A program made the position numbers and the translations under genes. DNA of 64,000 nucleotides from Macrostomum lignano (taxonomy: Eukaryota). Where the stretch lies: contig NIVC01000195.1 of NCBI GenBank assembly GCA_002269645.1, positions 186,001 through 250,000 of the forward strand, written 5' to 3'. The notes beneath the pieces were generated by a model. The model ran no database searches. It saw nothing but the letters and a program-made list of their open reading frames with translations, and had not been told where the DNA came from. Shown piece after piece: positions 1 through 11,400 of this stretch. The first letter of the stretch is position 1, and every line of letters starts with the position of its first letter.

Positions 1-263
1 AATGAGAGCAGCACGGCTGAAGGCCCCGTGTTTAGCGAAGTGGCGCCGCGCCCTCCGCTACTCAGTCGTCGCTCTCTGCTTGCTCTGCGAGCAGCAACTC
101 AGCCTGCAAGTCTCGCAGGATCCCCCATACAATTTCTCACCTCCTCCTCCGCCTCTCCCAAGATGTAAAAGAAAATAAGGGGGCTAAGAAGAGCAGCGAA
201 ACGGGAGAGGCTCTGGCTCCGGTTTCCTTCTCTGCCGGGTTTGCACCCGCAGCAGCAGCACCC

Positions 264-299
<36 letters not shown>

Positions 300-537
300 G
301 GGACTCCCCCGGCTTCCCAGTCTAAAATTGAGCGAGTCGCAGCCCCGTCTGCCCAATGGCGGAGCGGCTGTGCAGCGGCCTGGGCGGGCAGGGGTGGCGG
401 GGGGCGCGGGGGGCGATAGCGGAAGCGGGGGCTGTGGCAGGGCGATACAAAAGGAAGACAAGACTTGGAGACAGCGGCCGGATCAGATAACCAGCATCCT
501 GGCTCAGCCGCATCAATCACAACGTCAGGACTGGAAG

Positions 538-1162
538 ATGCTGTCGCGAACCGCTGCGGCAAGCGCTGGCCAGGCAGACTTGGCCGGCCTGACTGGGCCA
601 CGGCGGGTTCGCTTTGAGCCGCACTGCAGGTCCGTGGCGGCGGCGGCTGCTGAGACAGCCGGGCATCGGGAGGGAGTGCAGGCGCCACATCTACCGTGTC
701 CTGGCGGCAGGAGGCACTCTTGTCACACCTGCTGGTGAGTGACTCTCTGAAGAGCACTCTCGCTCTCTCTCTTTCCTGTCACACCTGCTGGTGAGTAACT
801 CTCTGAAGAGCACTCTCTCTCTCTCTCTCTCTCTCTTGTCACACCTGCTGGTGAGTGACTCTCTGAAGAGCACTCTCGCTCTCTCTCTTTCCTGTCACAC
901 CTGCTGGTGAGTAACTCTCTGAAGAGCACTCTCTCTCTCTCTCTCTCTCTCTTGTCACACCTGCTGGTGAGTGACTCTCTGAAGAGCACTCTCTCTCTCT
1001 CTCTCTTTCCTGTCACACCTGCTGGTGAGTGACTCTCTGAAGAGCACTCTCGCTCTCTCTCTCTCTTTCCTGTCACACCTGCTGGTGAGTGACTCTCTGA
1101 AGAGCACTCTCTCTCTCTCTCTCTTTCCTGTCACACCTGCTGGTGAGTGACTCTCTGAAGAG

Positions 1163-1197
<35 letters not shown>

Positions 1198-1269
1198 CTG
1201 CTGGTGAGTGACTCTCTCTCTCTCTCTCTCTCTCCTGTCACACCTGCTGGTGAGTGACTCTCTGAAGAG

Positions 1270-1344
<75 letters not shown>

Positions 1345-1609
1345 CACACCTGCTGGTGAGTGACTCTCTGAAGAGCACTCTCTCTCTCTCTCTCTCTCTT
1401 GTCACACCTGCTGGTGAGTGACTCTCTGAAGAGCACTCTCTCTCTCTCTCTCTCTCTCTTGTCACACCTGCTGGTGAGTGACTCTCTGAAGAGCACTCTC
1501 TCTCTCTCTCTCTTTCCTGTCACACCTGCTGGTGAGTGACTCTCTGAAGAGCACTCTCTCTCTCTCTCTCTTTCCTGTCACACCTGCTGGTGAGTGACTC
1601 TCTGAAGAG

Positions 1610-1666
<57 letters not shown>

Positions 1667-1755
1667 CACACCTGCTGGTGAGTGACTCTCTGAAGAGCAC
1701 TCTCTCTCTCTCTCTCTTTCCTGTCACACCTGCTGGTGAGTGACTCTCTGAAGAG

Positions 1756-1826
<71 letters not shown>

Positions 1827-2031
1827 CACACCTGCTGGTGAGTGACTCTCTGAAGAGCACTCTCGCTCTCTCTCTTTCCTGTCACACCTGCTGGTGAGTA
1901 ACTCTCTGAAGAGCACTCTCTCTCTCTCTCTCTCTCTTGTCACACCTGCTGGTGAGTGACTCTCTGAAGAGCACTCTCTCTCTCTCTCTCTTTCCTGTCA
2001 CACCTGCTGGTGAGTGACTCTCTGAAGAGCA

Positions 2032-2062
<31 letters not shown>

Positions 2063-2093
2063 CACACCTGCTGGTGAGTGACTCTCTGAAGAG

Positions 2094-2132
<39 letters not shown>

Positions 2133-2217
2133 CACACCTGCTGGTGAGTGACTCTTTGAAGAGCACTCTCTCTCTCTCTCTTGTCACACCTGCTGGTGAG
2201 TGACTCTTTGAAGAGCA

Positions 2218-2248
<31 letters not shown>

Positions 2249-5200
2249 CACACCTGCTAGTGAGTGACTCTCTGAAGAGCACTCTCTCTTGTCACATCCG
2301 AGTGACCCTGTCAGAGGGTATCCAGGTCCCATGGGGCTTAATGAAGCAAAACCAGGCTGATGTCGGCAGTGCGCAGGACAGCTGAAGCCAATTAAAATCC
2401 TCTCTCTGACCTGCTCAACTCGCAGGCAGCATGCGGGGCTTCTGGGGGGGGGGGGATTTCACTATGCAAATTGCAGAGACTTTCCACTTTCTGTGTTGCA
2501 GAATCTTTTCCCGAAAGCTTGGAGAGATATTTTCTGCTAAAAAAGATCGACCTGACACTGGCTGGAGTCTGGGGCACTCGGTGGCTGCTGGTTGAAATCC
2601 CACTGTAAAAATGCAATAAAACAGGCAGGGGCAGCGACGCCCGGGGCCACCCAGCTGACAAGCTGCAGTCGGGCAGTTCCGGGGATGCTTTAAAATTTCG
2701 GCCGCTCCGATTGCAGTAAATTCTCTGCGGCCGATTCACATGGACAACCCCCCTCAGCGCTAATGGCGGAGGCTGGGCAGGGGGCGGTCTGCCTCATCAA
2801 ACCGACTCCATCCGGATTCTGGGAGGATGAGGCAGAGGCGGAGCGCGATGGGAGATCGAGTGAGCTCAAACCGCCTCTCTCAAGTAACGAGTATCGAATT
2901 TTCACCCCGCAGCTTCGAGGAGAATTTGCAGCAGTCCCAGCATCAGCAGCAGGCCCAGCTTCCCGGACACGCGGCTTTGGTGCTTCATCATCTGCCACAC
3001 CTGCGGCGCGAGTCCTTCCTGTACCGGTCCGACTCAGACTTTGACGTGTCCGGCCGCTCATCCCGGCACTCCTCCTTGGCCAGCGATCAGTGAGGCCCAC
3101 CAATTTCTATTTGATTTCGGTTCTCATGCGCTTTTTGCACTACTCATTTACTGTGTATGTCAGTAGTGCATATTTGCACAGAAAATAGCAAGTTTTTCTT
3201 CGCCTCTCTCTACCCTCCTCTTTAACTTCCTCTTTACCCTCCTTTTTACCCTCCTCTTTACCCTATTATTTGCCCTTTGCTTCACTCTCCTTTTCACTCT
3301 CCCATTCACTCTCCTCTTCACCTCTACTCTCTCCTTCGCCCTCCTCCTCATCCTCTTTTTCACCCTCCTCTCCCCCTCTACAACAGAGGGCAGCAAGCCT
3401 CAACCTTCTCGAGTGGACTGTTGAATACTTCAGCTGTCCCAAATATTTTACATTGCTGTAAATGTACTTGCCAGACTACTATCAGCTCCGCAAGGCCAGT
3501 AGTATCTACAAGGCGGTGAGCGCATTAAGAAGCTAATTGAGCAGCCCTGCAGAGACAAGAGTTGGTGCAGCTTAGCAACACCCTTGCCAGCAGCAGCTGA
3601 GAGAATTCCTGGCTGAGGCGGAGTGCCGGGGCCCCTCTGCGTCTATTGAGGTCCGCCTGAGTCTGGCAATTCTCTCCCTCTCTCACTCTCAAGACGGTTT
3701 AACCCCAGTGACCTTAAAACACAGCGGTGCGACAGGGTGGGCGGTCGCCACTTCAGCCTCTCCCGGGCCAGCTCCCATGCAGCCCCAGCCATAGCTCAGA
3801 AAGTGCTGATTGCAAATTCCAAGTGGAGCCTGCCGTGCTGCAGCTGGGAAAGCCGGGACGCAACTTCTGTCTGGCTCGGCGGCGGATTTTTTGTATTCAG
3901 CCTCCGAGTCCCTCGGCACTCGATGAGCAGGGCAGGGGAAGGAGAGTCGCTGGAGATCGAAGGAATCAATTCCCCCCCCCCCGGAATCGATTGCGCTCGG
4001 AGGAGACCGCTCGGTCGTGACGGGTGCCCCGCATCTCGCTCTCTGCTCTCCTTCTCTCTCTCCCTCTCACTCGGTCTGTTGGTAGTTATTCTGACTCTTC
4101 CGGACTCTCCCTGACTCTCCCTGGACTCTTACGGACTCTCTCTCTCTGACTCTCTTTGATTCTCCCTGACTCACTCTGACTACTCCTGACTCTCTCTGAC
4201 TCTTCCTGACTCTCCCTGACTCACTCTGACTACTCCTGACTCTCTCTGACTCTTCCTGACTCTCCCTGACTCACTCTGACTACTCCTGACTCTCTCTGAC
4301 TCTTCCTGACTCTCCCTGACTCACTCTGACTACTCCTGACTCTCTCTGACTCTTCCTGACTCTCCCTGACTCACTCTGACTACTCCTGACTCTCTCTGAC
4401 TCTTCCTGACTCTCCCTGACACACCCTGACTACTCCTGACTCTCTCTGATTCTTCCTGACTCTCCCTGACTCACCCTGACTACTCCTGACTCTCTCTGAC
4501 TCTCTCTGACTCTCCCTGACTCTCTCTGACTCTCTCTGACTCTCCCTGACTCACTCTGACTACTCCTGACTCTCTCTGATTCTTCCTGACTCTCCCTGAC
4601 TCACCCTGACTACTCCTGACTCTCTCTGACTCTCTCTGACTCTCCCTGACTCACTCTGACTACTCCTGACTCTCTCTGACTCTTCCTGACTCTCCCTGAC
4701 TCACCCTGACTACTCCTGACTCTCTCTGATTCTTCCTGACTCTCCCTGACTCACTCTGACTACTCCTGACTCTCTCTGACTCTTCCTGACTCTCCCTGAC
4801 TCACTCTGACTACTCCTGACTCTCTCTGACTCTTCCTGACTCTCCCTGACTCACTCTGACTACTCCTGACTCTCTCTGACTCTTCCTGACTCTCCCTGAC
4901 TCACTCTGACTACTCCTGACTCTCTCTGACTCTCTCTGACTCTCCCTGACTCACTCTGACTACTGACTCTCTCTGACTCTTCCTGACTCTCCCTGACTCA
5001 CTCTGACTACTCCTGACTCTCTCTGACTCTTCCTGACTCTCCCTGACTGTTCCTGACTTTCTCTGATGCTTTCTGACTCTCTCTGACTCTCTCTGGCTCT
5101 CCCTGACTCTTACTGACTCCCTCACTCTTACTGACGTTGACTATTCCTGACTCTCTATTATTCTTTATGACTATCTTTGACTCTCCCTGACTCTTACTGA

Positions 5201-5320
5201 CTCTTACTGACTTTTTCTGACTACTCCAGACTCTCTCTCTGTGACTCTTTCTGGCTATTTATAACTGTTTCTGACTCTCCTGACTCTCCCTTACCCAATT
5301 ACTTACCCTTCTTGGATTTT

Positions 5321-5418
<98 letters not shown>

Positions 5419-8400
5419 TTTGACTCTCCGTAACCCTTTTTGATTCTGACGCTTCAAAGCGTTCATTTACTCCCCCTTAATTCTTTGACTTCTGGCCCCC
5501 TGACACTTCCCGACACTTTTGACTCGTTAAAACTTTCACTTTTTCTCTTTAAAAAGAATCTTAATTGCTTTCTCACAGTGAAGCAGCTGACATTAAGAAC
5601 ATCTTTAGGCATTTTCAGGCTCCCTGAACCCCGACAGTCTGATAGACGGCCCCAATGCAGCCCAGCTCAGCTCAGCTCAGCCCAGCTCAGCTCAGCTCAG
5701 CCCAGGCCAGCTCTCTATCTGAGTCTGCGCAGCCACCCCCGCCCACCCTCCAGCCTCATCCAGTGACAGGCAGCCGGCCCTCTCTCTAAGTCCACAATTG
5801 CTGAGCAAAGCACAAAACCCCCAGTGGCTTGTCTTGTCTACGCAGCTCATCTGCACAGCCAGCTCACCCAGCGCTTCCTCGGCCGCCTCCGCCAGAGAAT
5901 TTTTTCTTTTCAAGCCGACCCCCGAGGTCCCGCTGTCTTCAGCCTCCCGCGCTCTGTTTTTCCCCCGGACTCACGAGGCTGCCAAATTCAATTGGGAGAA
6001 AGGGAGAGAGGAGAAGACAGCAGTTGGAATCCCGTCAATAGAGATCCCTGGGAAGGCGAGTTGCCTCCATGCTGGAGAGCGGCGCCCCCCAGGCTGACAT
6101 GCAGCAGCAGCAGCAGCCACAGGCGGGGAGCTCGCTGCCCGTGCTGGCCATCGAGCCGCTGCCGCCGGCCGACTCCGACGAAGAGGAGGACCAGCTGCCG
6201 GACCTGCCGGGCCGCTCTTGGCCTGGCAGCGGCAGTGTCGGCGGCAGCAGCGGCGGGGCGGGGGCGGGCGTGGATGCGGCGGCGGCAGCCCTGGCCTCCT
6301 CACGCCGCGGCTCACTGTACATTTTCAGGCAGTCCGACGAGGTCATTGTGACGCCGTTCGCCCAGGTGCTGCACACCCTGCGCTCCGTGTACGACAGTGT
6401 TCGGACGATGACAAGCGGCGGCGGGCGGCCGGCACCGGCGCAGAATCACAGGTGAGCAGCGGAGCTTAATTGACTCAAGAATCGCTTTGGCCATTGTGCA
6501 ACTGCGTGCCCCCCGCGCGGCGTGACGCAAACAGAGAAGGCTGAAGATTTATGACCACGCCAGGCCTGATAGCGATAGCCGCCTGCCGCAGACAAGAGTC
6601 AAACATTACAACAGTGTCACTCGGGCCATCCACTTCTATCCCCCCATCGGACAGCCAGAGAATGTTGACTCGAAGAAGGCGCCATTTCTTTCAAGCTTTT
6701 TTCGACCCTTCTCTTCACCCTTTGCCTGCCCTATTGTGACAAAAAGCACCTCGTTGCGCTTGCTCTGGTCGGCAAAGCTGAGCCAGTCGTTAAAACAGCC
6801 TCACCCAGCCTCTCTCGCTCTCTCCCTGACTCCATCGCTGAGATGCGGTGGAGTTTTTGGAAGCGCTGAGAGCGCAGCCCGCCCTGCCCCGCTCTCAGCC
6901 TCTCCTGACTACTCAGCGCTGGCGTCACAAGTTGCTAAAAATAGACTTTGCGGACTTGTCGCCCTCCCCCCAGCCCGGCCGTTCATGAGCGGCCCCGGGG
7001 CTGCAGCCTGCGCGCAATCTCTATCTTGTCTCCTGGCCCGGTCTCTAAAACTCTCAATCGGCCCTTTCTCTCTGTGTTGAGCATTTTTTTTGCTTTATGA
7101 ACTCTACGCGGCCTGGCGTGGCATCTGTGACTTGAGTCGACTGCTCAGAGCTCCATTCAACTGCCTCTGGCTTTCGGGAATGGGGGGTTTAGAGGCCTCT
7201 TCTCGTTCGCAATCTCAGCATGTGTGCCGCCTCTTCAGTGCAGGTTTTGTGCAGCGGAATGAAAATGAAACAAATTGACCTGCCGGTGCAGTTTCCCGCC
7301 CTCCCCTACCGCAGCTGCAGATTCCTCATGCAGTTTCCCGCCCTCCCTACCGCAGCTGCAGATTCCTCATGCAGTTTCCCGCCCTCCCCTACCGCAGCTG
7401 CAGATTCCTCATGCAGTTTCCCGCCCTCCCTACCGCAGCTACAGATTCCTCATGCAGTTTCCCGCCCTCCCCTACCGCAGCTGCAGATTCCTCATGCAGT
7501 TTCCCGCCCTCCCTACCGCAGCTGCAGATTCCTCATGCAGTTTCCCGCCCTCCCCTAACGCAGCTGCAGATTCCTCATGCAGTTTCCCGCCCTCCCCTAC
7601 CGCAGCTGCAGATTCCTCATGCAGTTTCCCGCCCTCCCCTACCGCAGCTGCAGATTCCTCATGCAGTTTCCCGCCCTCCCCTAACGCAGCTGCAGATTCC
7701 TCATGCAGTTTCCCGCCCTCCCTACCGCAGCTGCAGATTCCTCATGCGGTTTTCCGCCCTCCCCTAACGCAGCTGCAGATTCCTCATGCGGTTTCCCGCC
7801 CTCCCTACCGCAGCTGCAGATTCCTCATGCAGTTTCCCGCCCTCCCTACCGCAGCTGCAGATTCCTCATGCAGTTTCCCGCCCTCCCCTACCGCAGCTGC
7901 AGATTCCTCATGCAGTTTCCCGCCCTCCCCTACCGCAGCTGCAGATTCCTCATGCAGTTTCCCGCCCTCCCCTACCGCAGCTGCAGATTCCTCATGCAGT
8001 TTCCCGCCCTCCCCTAACGCAGCTGCAGATTCCTCATGCAGTTTCCCGCCCTCCCTACCGCAGCTGCAGATTCCTCATGCGGTTTCCCGCCCTCCCTACC
8101 GCAGCTGCAGATTCCTCATGCAGTTTCCCGCCCTCCCTACCGCAGCTGCAGATTCCTCATGCAGTTTCCCGCCCTCCCTACCGCAGCTGCAGATTCCTCA
8201 TGCGGTTTCCCGCCCTCCCTACCGCAGCTGCAGATTCCTCATGCGGTTTTCCACCCTCCCCTAACGCAGCTGCAGATTCCTCATGCGGTTTCCTCATGCG
8301 TACTTTTCATTGAACTTTCAGTTCGAGCCGCAGGGCGCCAGCTGGAGATGCAGGTGAGCCGCCTCGGACCAGCTGCGGGTGTCAGTCGGATGCGAGTTTT

Positions 8401-11400
8401 CTCAATATTATTAAAATTCTGATCAAAATTTCTATTGGCATGGGCAGCCAATGTCGGTGATGAGGTCGTCTAGGGGGGAGGGGGTCCTCGGCATTTCCCA
8501 GGAAGCTGGGCGCAGCTCCAGTGGAATCAGTCCTCAGTGGCAACCATGCAGAATGCGCTGGGGCTGGCAGCTCATCACAAAAATGAGACTGATTAATTAA
8601 GAAAGTCAACTGGACCAGACAGCCTCTGGATTCCCAGCTCAACCTCACTGTAAGGTTAATCCCCTGCTCTCACAGATCCCCTGCTCTCACAGATCCCCTG
8701 CTCTCACAGATCCCCTGCTCTCACAGATCCCCTGCTCTCACAGATCCCCTGCTCTCACAGATCCCCTGCTCTCACAGATCCCCTGCTCTCACAGATCCCC
8801 TGCTCTCACAGATCCCCTGCTCTCACAGATCCCCTGCTCTCACAGATCCCCTGCTCTCACAGATCCCCTGCTCTCACAGATCCCCTGCTCTCACAGATCC
8901 CCTGCTCTCACAGATCCCCTGCTCTCACAGATCCCCTGCTCTCACAGATCCCCTGCTCTCACAGATCCCCTGCTCTCACAGATCCCCTGCTCTCACAGAT
9001 CCCCTGCTCTCACAGATCCCCTGCTCTCACAGATCCCCTGCTCTCACAGATCCCCTGCTCTCACAGATCCCCTGCTCTCACAGATCCCCTGCTCTTATCC
9101 TGCATCTTCAAGTCCCTGGCGGCATTGCAGGCAGCTTCGCCGACAACCACCTGGCGGAGAAGACACTGAAGGACCTCGAGTGGTGCCTGGAGCAGCTGGA
9201 GGCGGTGCAGACGCACCGGTCAGTGGCGGACATGGCTTCCAGCAAGGTGAGGATGGCCTGCCGCCAGCTTTAGTTGGTCTCATCAGCTGTTTCAACACTC
9301 ATTTGTTCGGCTTTTCCCTTGGCTTTTCAGTTCAAAAAAATGCTCAAAATTGAGCTGGAGCGAATGAGCAGCTGGCCAAGCTCCACTGGTGCCACCTCCA
9401 ACCAGATCGAGAGCTACATCACCTCCACATTCCTGGGTGAGCCGATTACTGATCCTTGGTTATGGATTTGGCACTGATTTTCTGACACACTTGATCTGAC
9501 ACACTTGATCTGACACTCATGAGCTGACACACATGATCTGACACACATGATCTGACACACAGGATCTGACACACATGATCTGACACACAGGATCTGACAC
9601 ACAAAATCTGAAACTCATGAGCTGACACACAGGATCTGACACACATGATCTGACACACATGATCTGACACACTTGATCTGACACACAAAATCTGACACTC
9701 ATGAGCTGACACATTATCTGACATGCTCTGAAATGTGCTCCGACACACATGCTCTCACACATTGTTGCACTGACTCTGACGCACATTCTGACGCGCGGAC
9801 TCTGACACAGAGAAAGACGACGATGACAGAACTGCATCCGCTGCTGCCGCTGCCGCTGCTGCCGTCGCCGCCGCGGAATCCTTGGAGCCGTCGACGAACT
9901 CAACGTCGGGGACGCTTCCTGACACTCAGCGGTCGCCCGCATCAGCGCCGTTGTCCTCACCAGCGGAGGCCAGCGGCGCTCGAGGCACCATGACGAAGGT
10001 GCCCGTGCGGCCCGCCGTGCTGCCGCCGACGCCCACTGAGGGGCCGCTGCCGCCGCGACTCGGCGTGGAGACGCCGCACGCCGAGCAGCTCAGCGAGCTG
10101 TTCGCGCAGAGCCTGGGCATCTGGGGGCTGGACATCTTCCTGGTGGACCGGCTGTCCTGCCAGCATCCGCTGGTCACCGTGGTGTACGCCATCGCGGAGG
10201 TGAGCAGCTCAGAAGTAACACACTCGCCTCTCTTGCACCAGTGCAGCCCGGATTCGATTCTGTGTGCGCCCTCACGAATCCGGGGTTCCCGCCCATTCTC
10301 CCAACGGGTCACGGGAACTGACACAATTCTCCCAACGGGTCACGGGAACTGACACAATTCTCCCAATGGGTCACGGGAACTGACACAATTCTCCCAACGG
10401 GTCACGGGAACTGACACAATTCTCCCAACGGGTCACGGGAACTGACAAAATTCTCCCAACAAGTCACGGGAACTGACACAATTCTCCCAACGGGTCACGG
10501 GAACTGACACAATTCTCCCAACAAGTCACGGGAACTGACACAATTCTCCCAACAAGTCACGGGAACTGACACAATTCTCCCAACAAGTCACGGGAACTGA
10601 CACAATTCTCCAAACGGGTCACGGGAACTGACACAATTCTCCAAACGGGTCACGGGAACTGACACAATTCTCCCAACAAGTCACGGGAACTGACACAATT
10701 CTCCCAATGGGTCACGGGAACTGACACAATTCTCCCAACGGGTCACGGGAACTGACACAATTCTCCCAACGGGTCACGGGAACTGACACAATTCTCCCAA
10801 CAAGTCACGGGAACTGACACAATTCTCCCAACGGGTCACGGGAACTGACACAATTCTCCCAACAAGTCACGGGAACTGACACAATTCTCCCAACAAGTCA
10901 CGGGAACTGACACAATTCTCCCAACAAGTCACGGGAACTGACACAATTCTCCAAACGGGTCACGGGAACTGACACAATTCTCCCAACAAGTCACGGGAAC
11001 TGACACAATTCTCCCAACAAGTCACGGGAACTGACACAATTCTCCCAACAAGTCACGGGAACTGACACAATTCTCCCAACGGGTCACGGGAACTGACACA
11101 ATTCTCCCAACGGGTCAAGGGAACTGACACAATTCTCCAAACAAGTCACGGGAACTGACACAATTCTCCCAACGGGTCACGGGAACTGACACAATTCTCC
11201 CAATAGGTCACGGAAACTGACACAATTCTCCCAACGGGTCACGGGAACTGACACAATTCTCCCAACGGGTCACGGGAACTGACACAGTACTAAAGCAAGC
11301 GACGCCCCGCCGCCCGTCCTGCAGAAACGCGACTTCTTCAACAAGTTCCGCATCCACCCCAGCACGCTAGTCAACTATTTCTTGCACGTGGAGCAGCACT

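Noticed and set aside
241-537. PolyQ-containing ORF start at 241
   Set aside because: It begins at TTG with an upstream in-frame stop at 166; the first in-frame ATG is 538, so this is treated as 5' UTR
721-2275. CRISPR-like pattern of a constant repeat with variable spacers
   Set aside because: The spacers are just (CT)n of different length, the host is eukaryotic and there are no cas genes
2763-2912. ATG ORF upstream of the UCR1 exon
   Set aside because: Out of frame with UCR1 and stops at 3044
7220-8422. Long repetitive ORFs (up to 329 aa) such as [14 protein letters not shown]
   Set aside because: They are translations of an intronic 41/42-bp array with frameshifting unit variants; the same applies to ORFs over the arrays at 23975, 27375, 42345, 51815, 53219, 54615 and 56915
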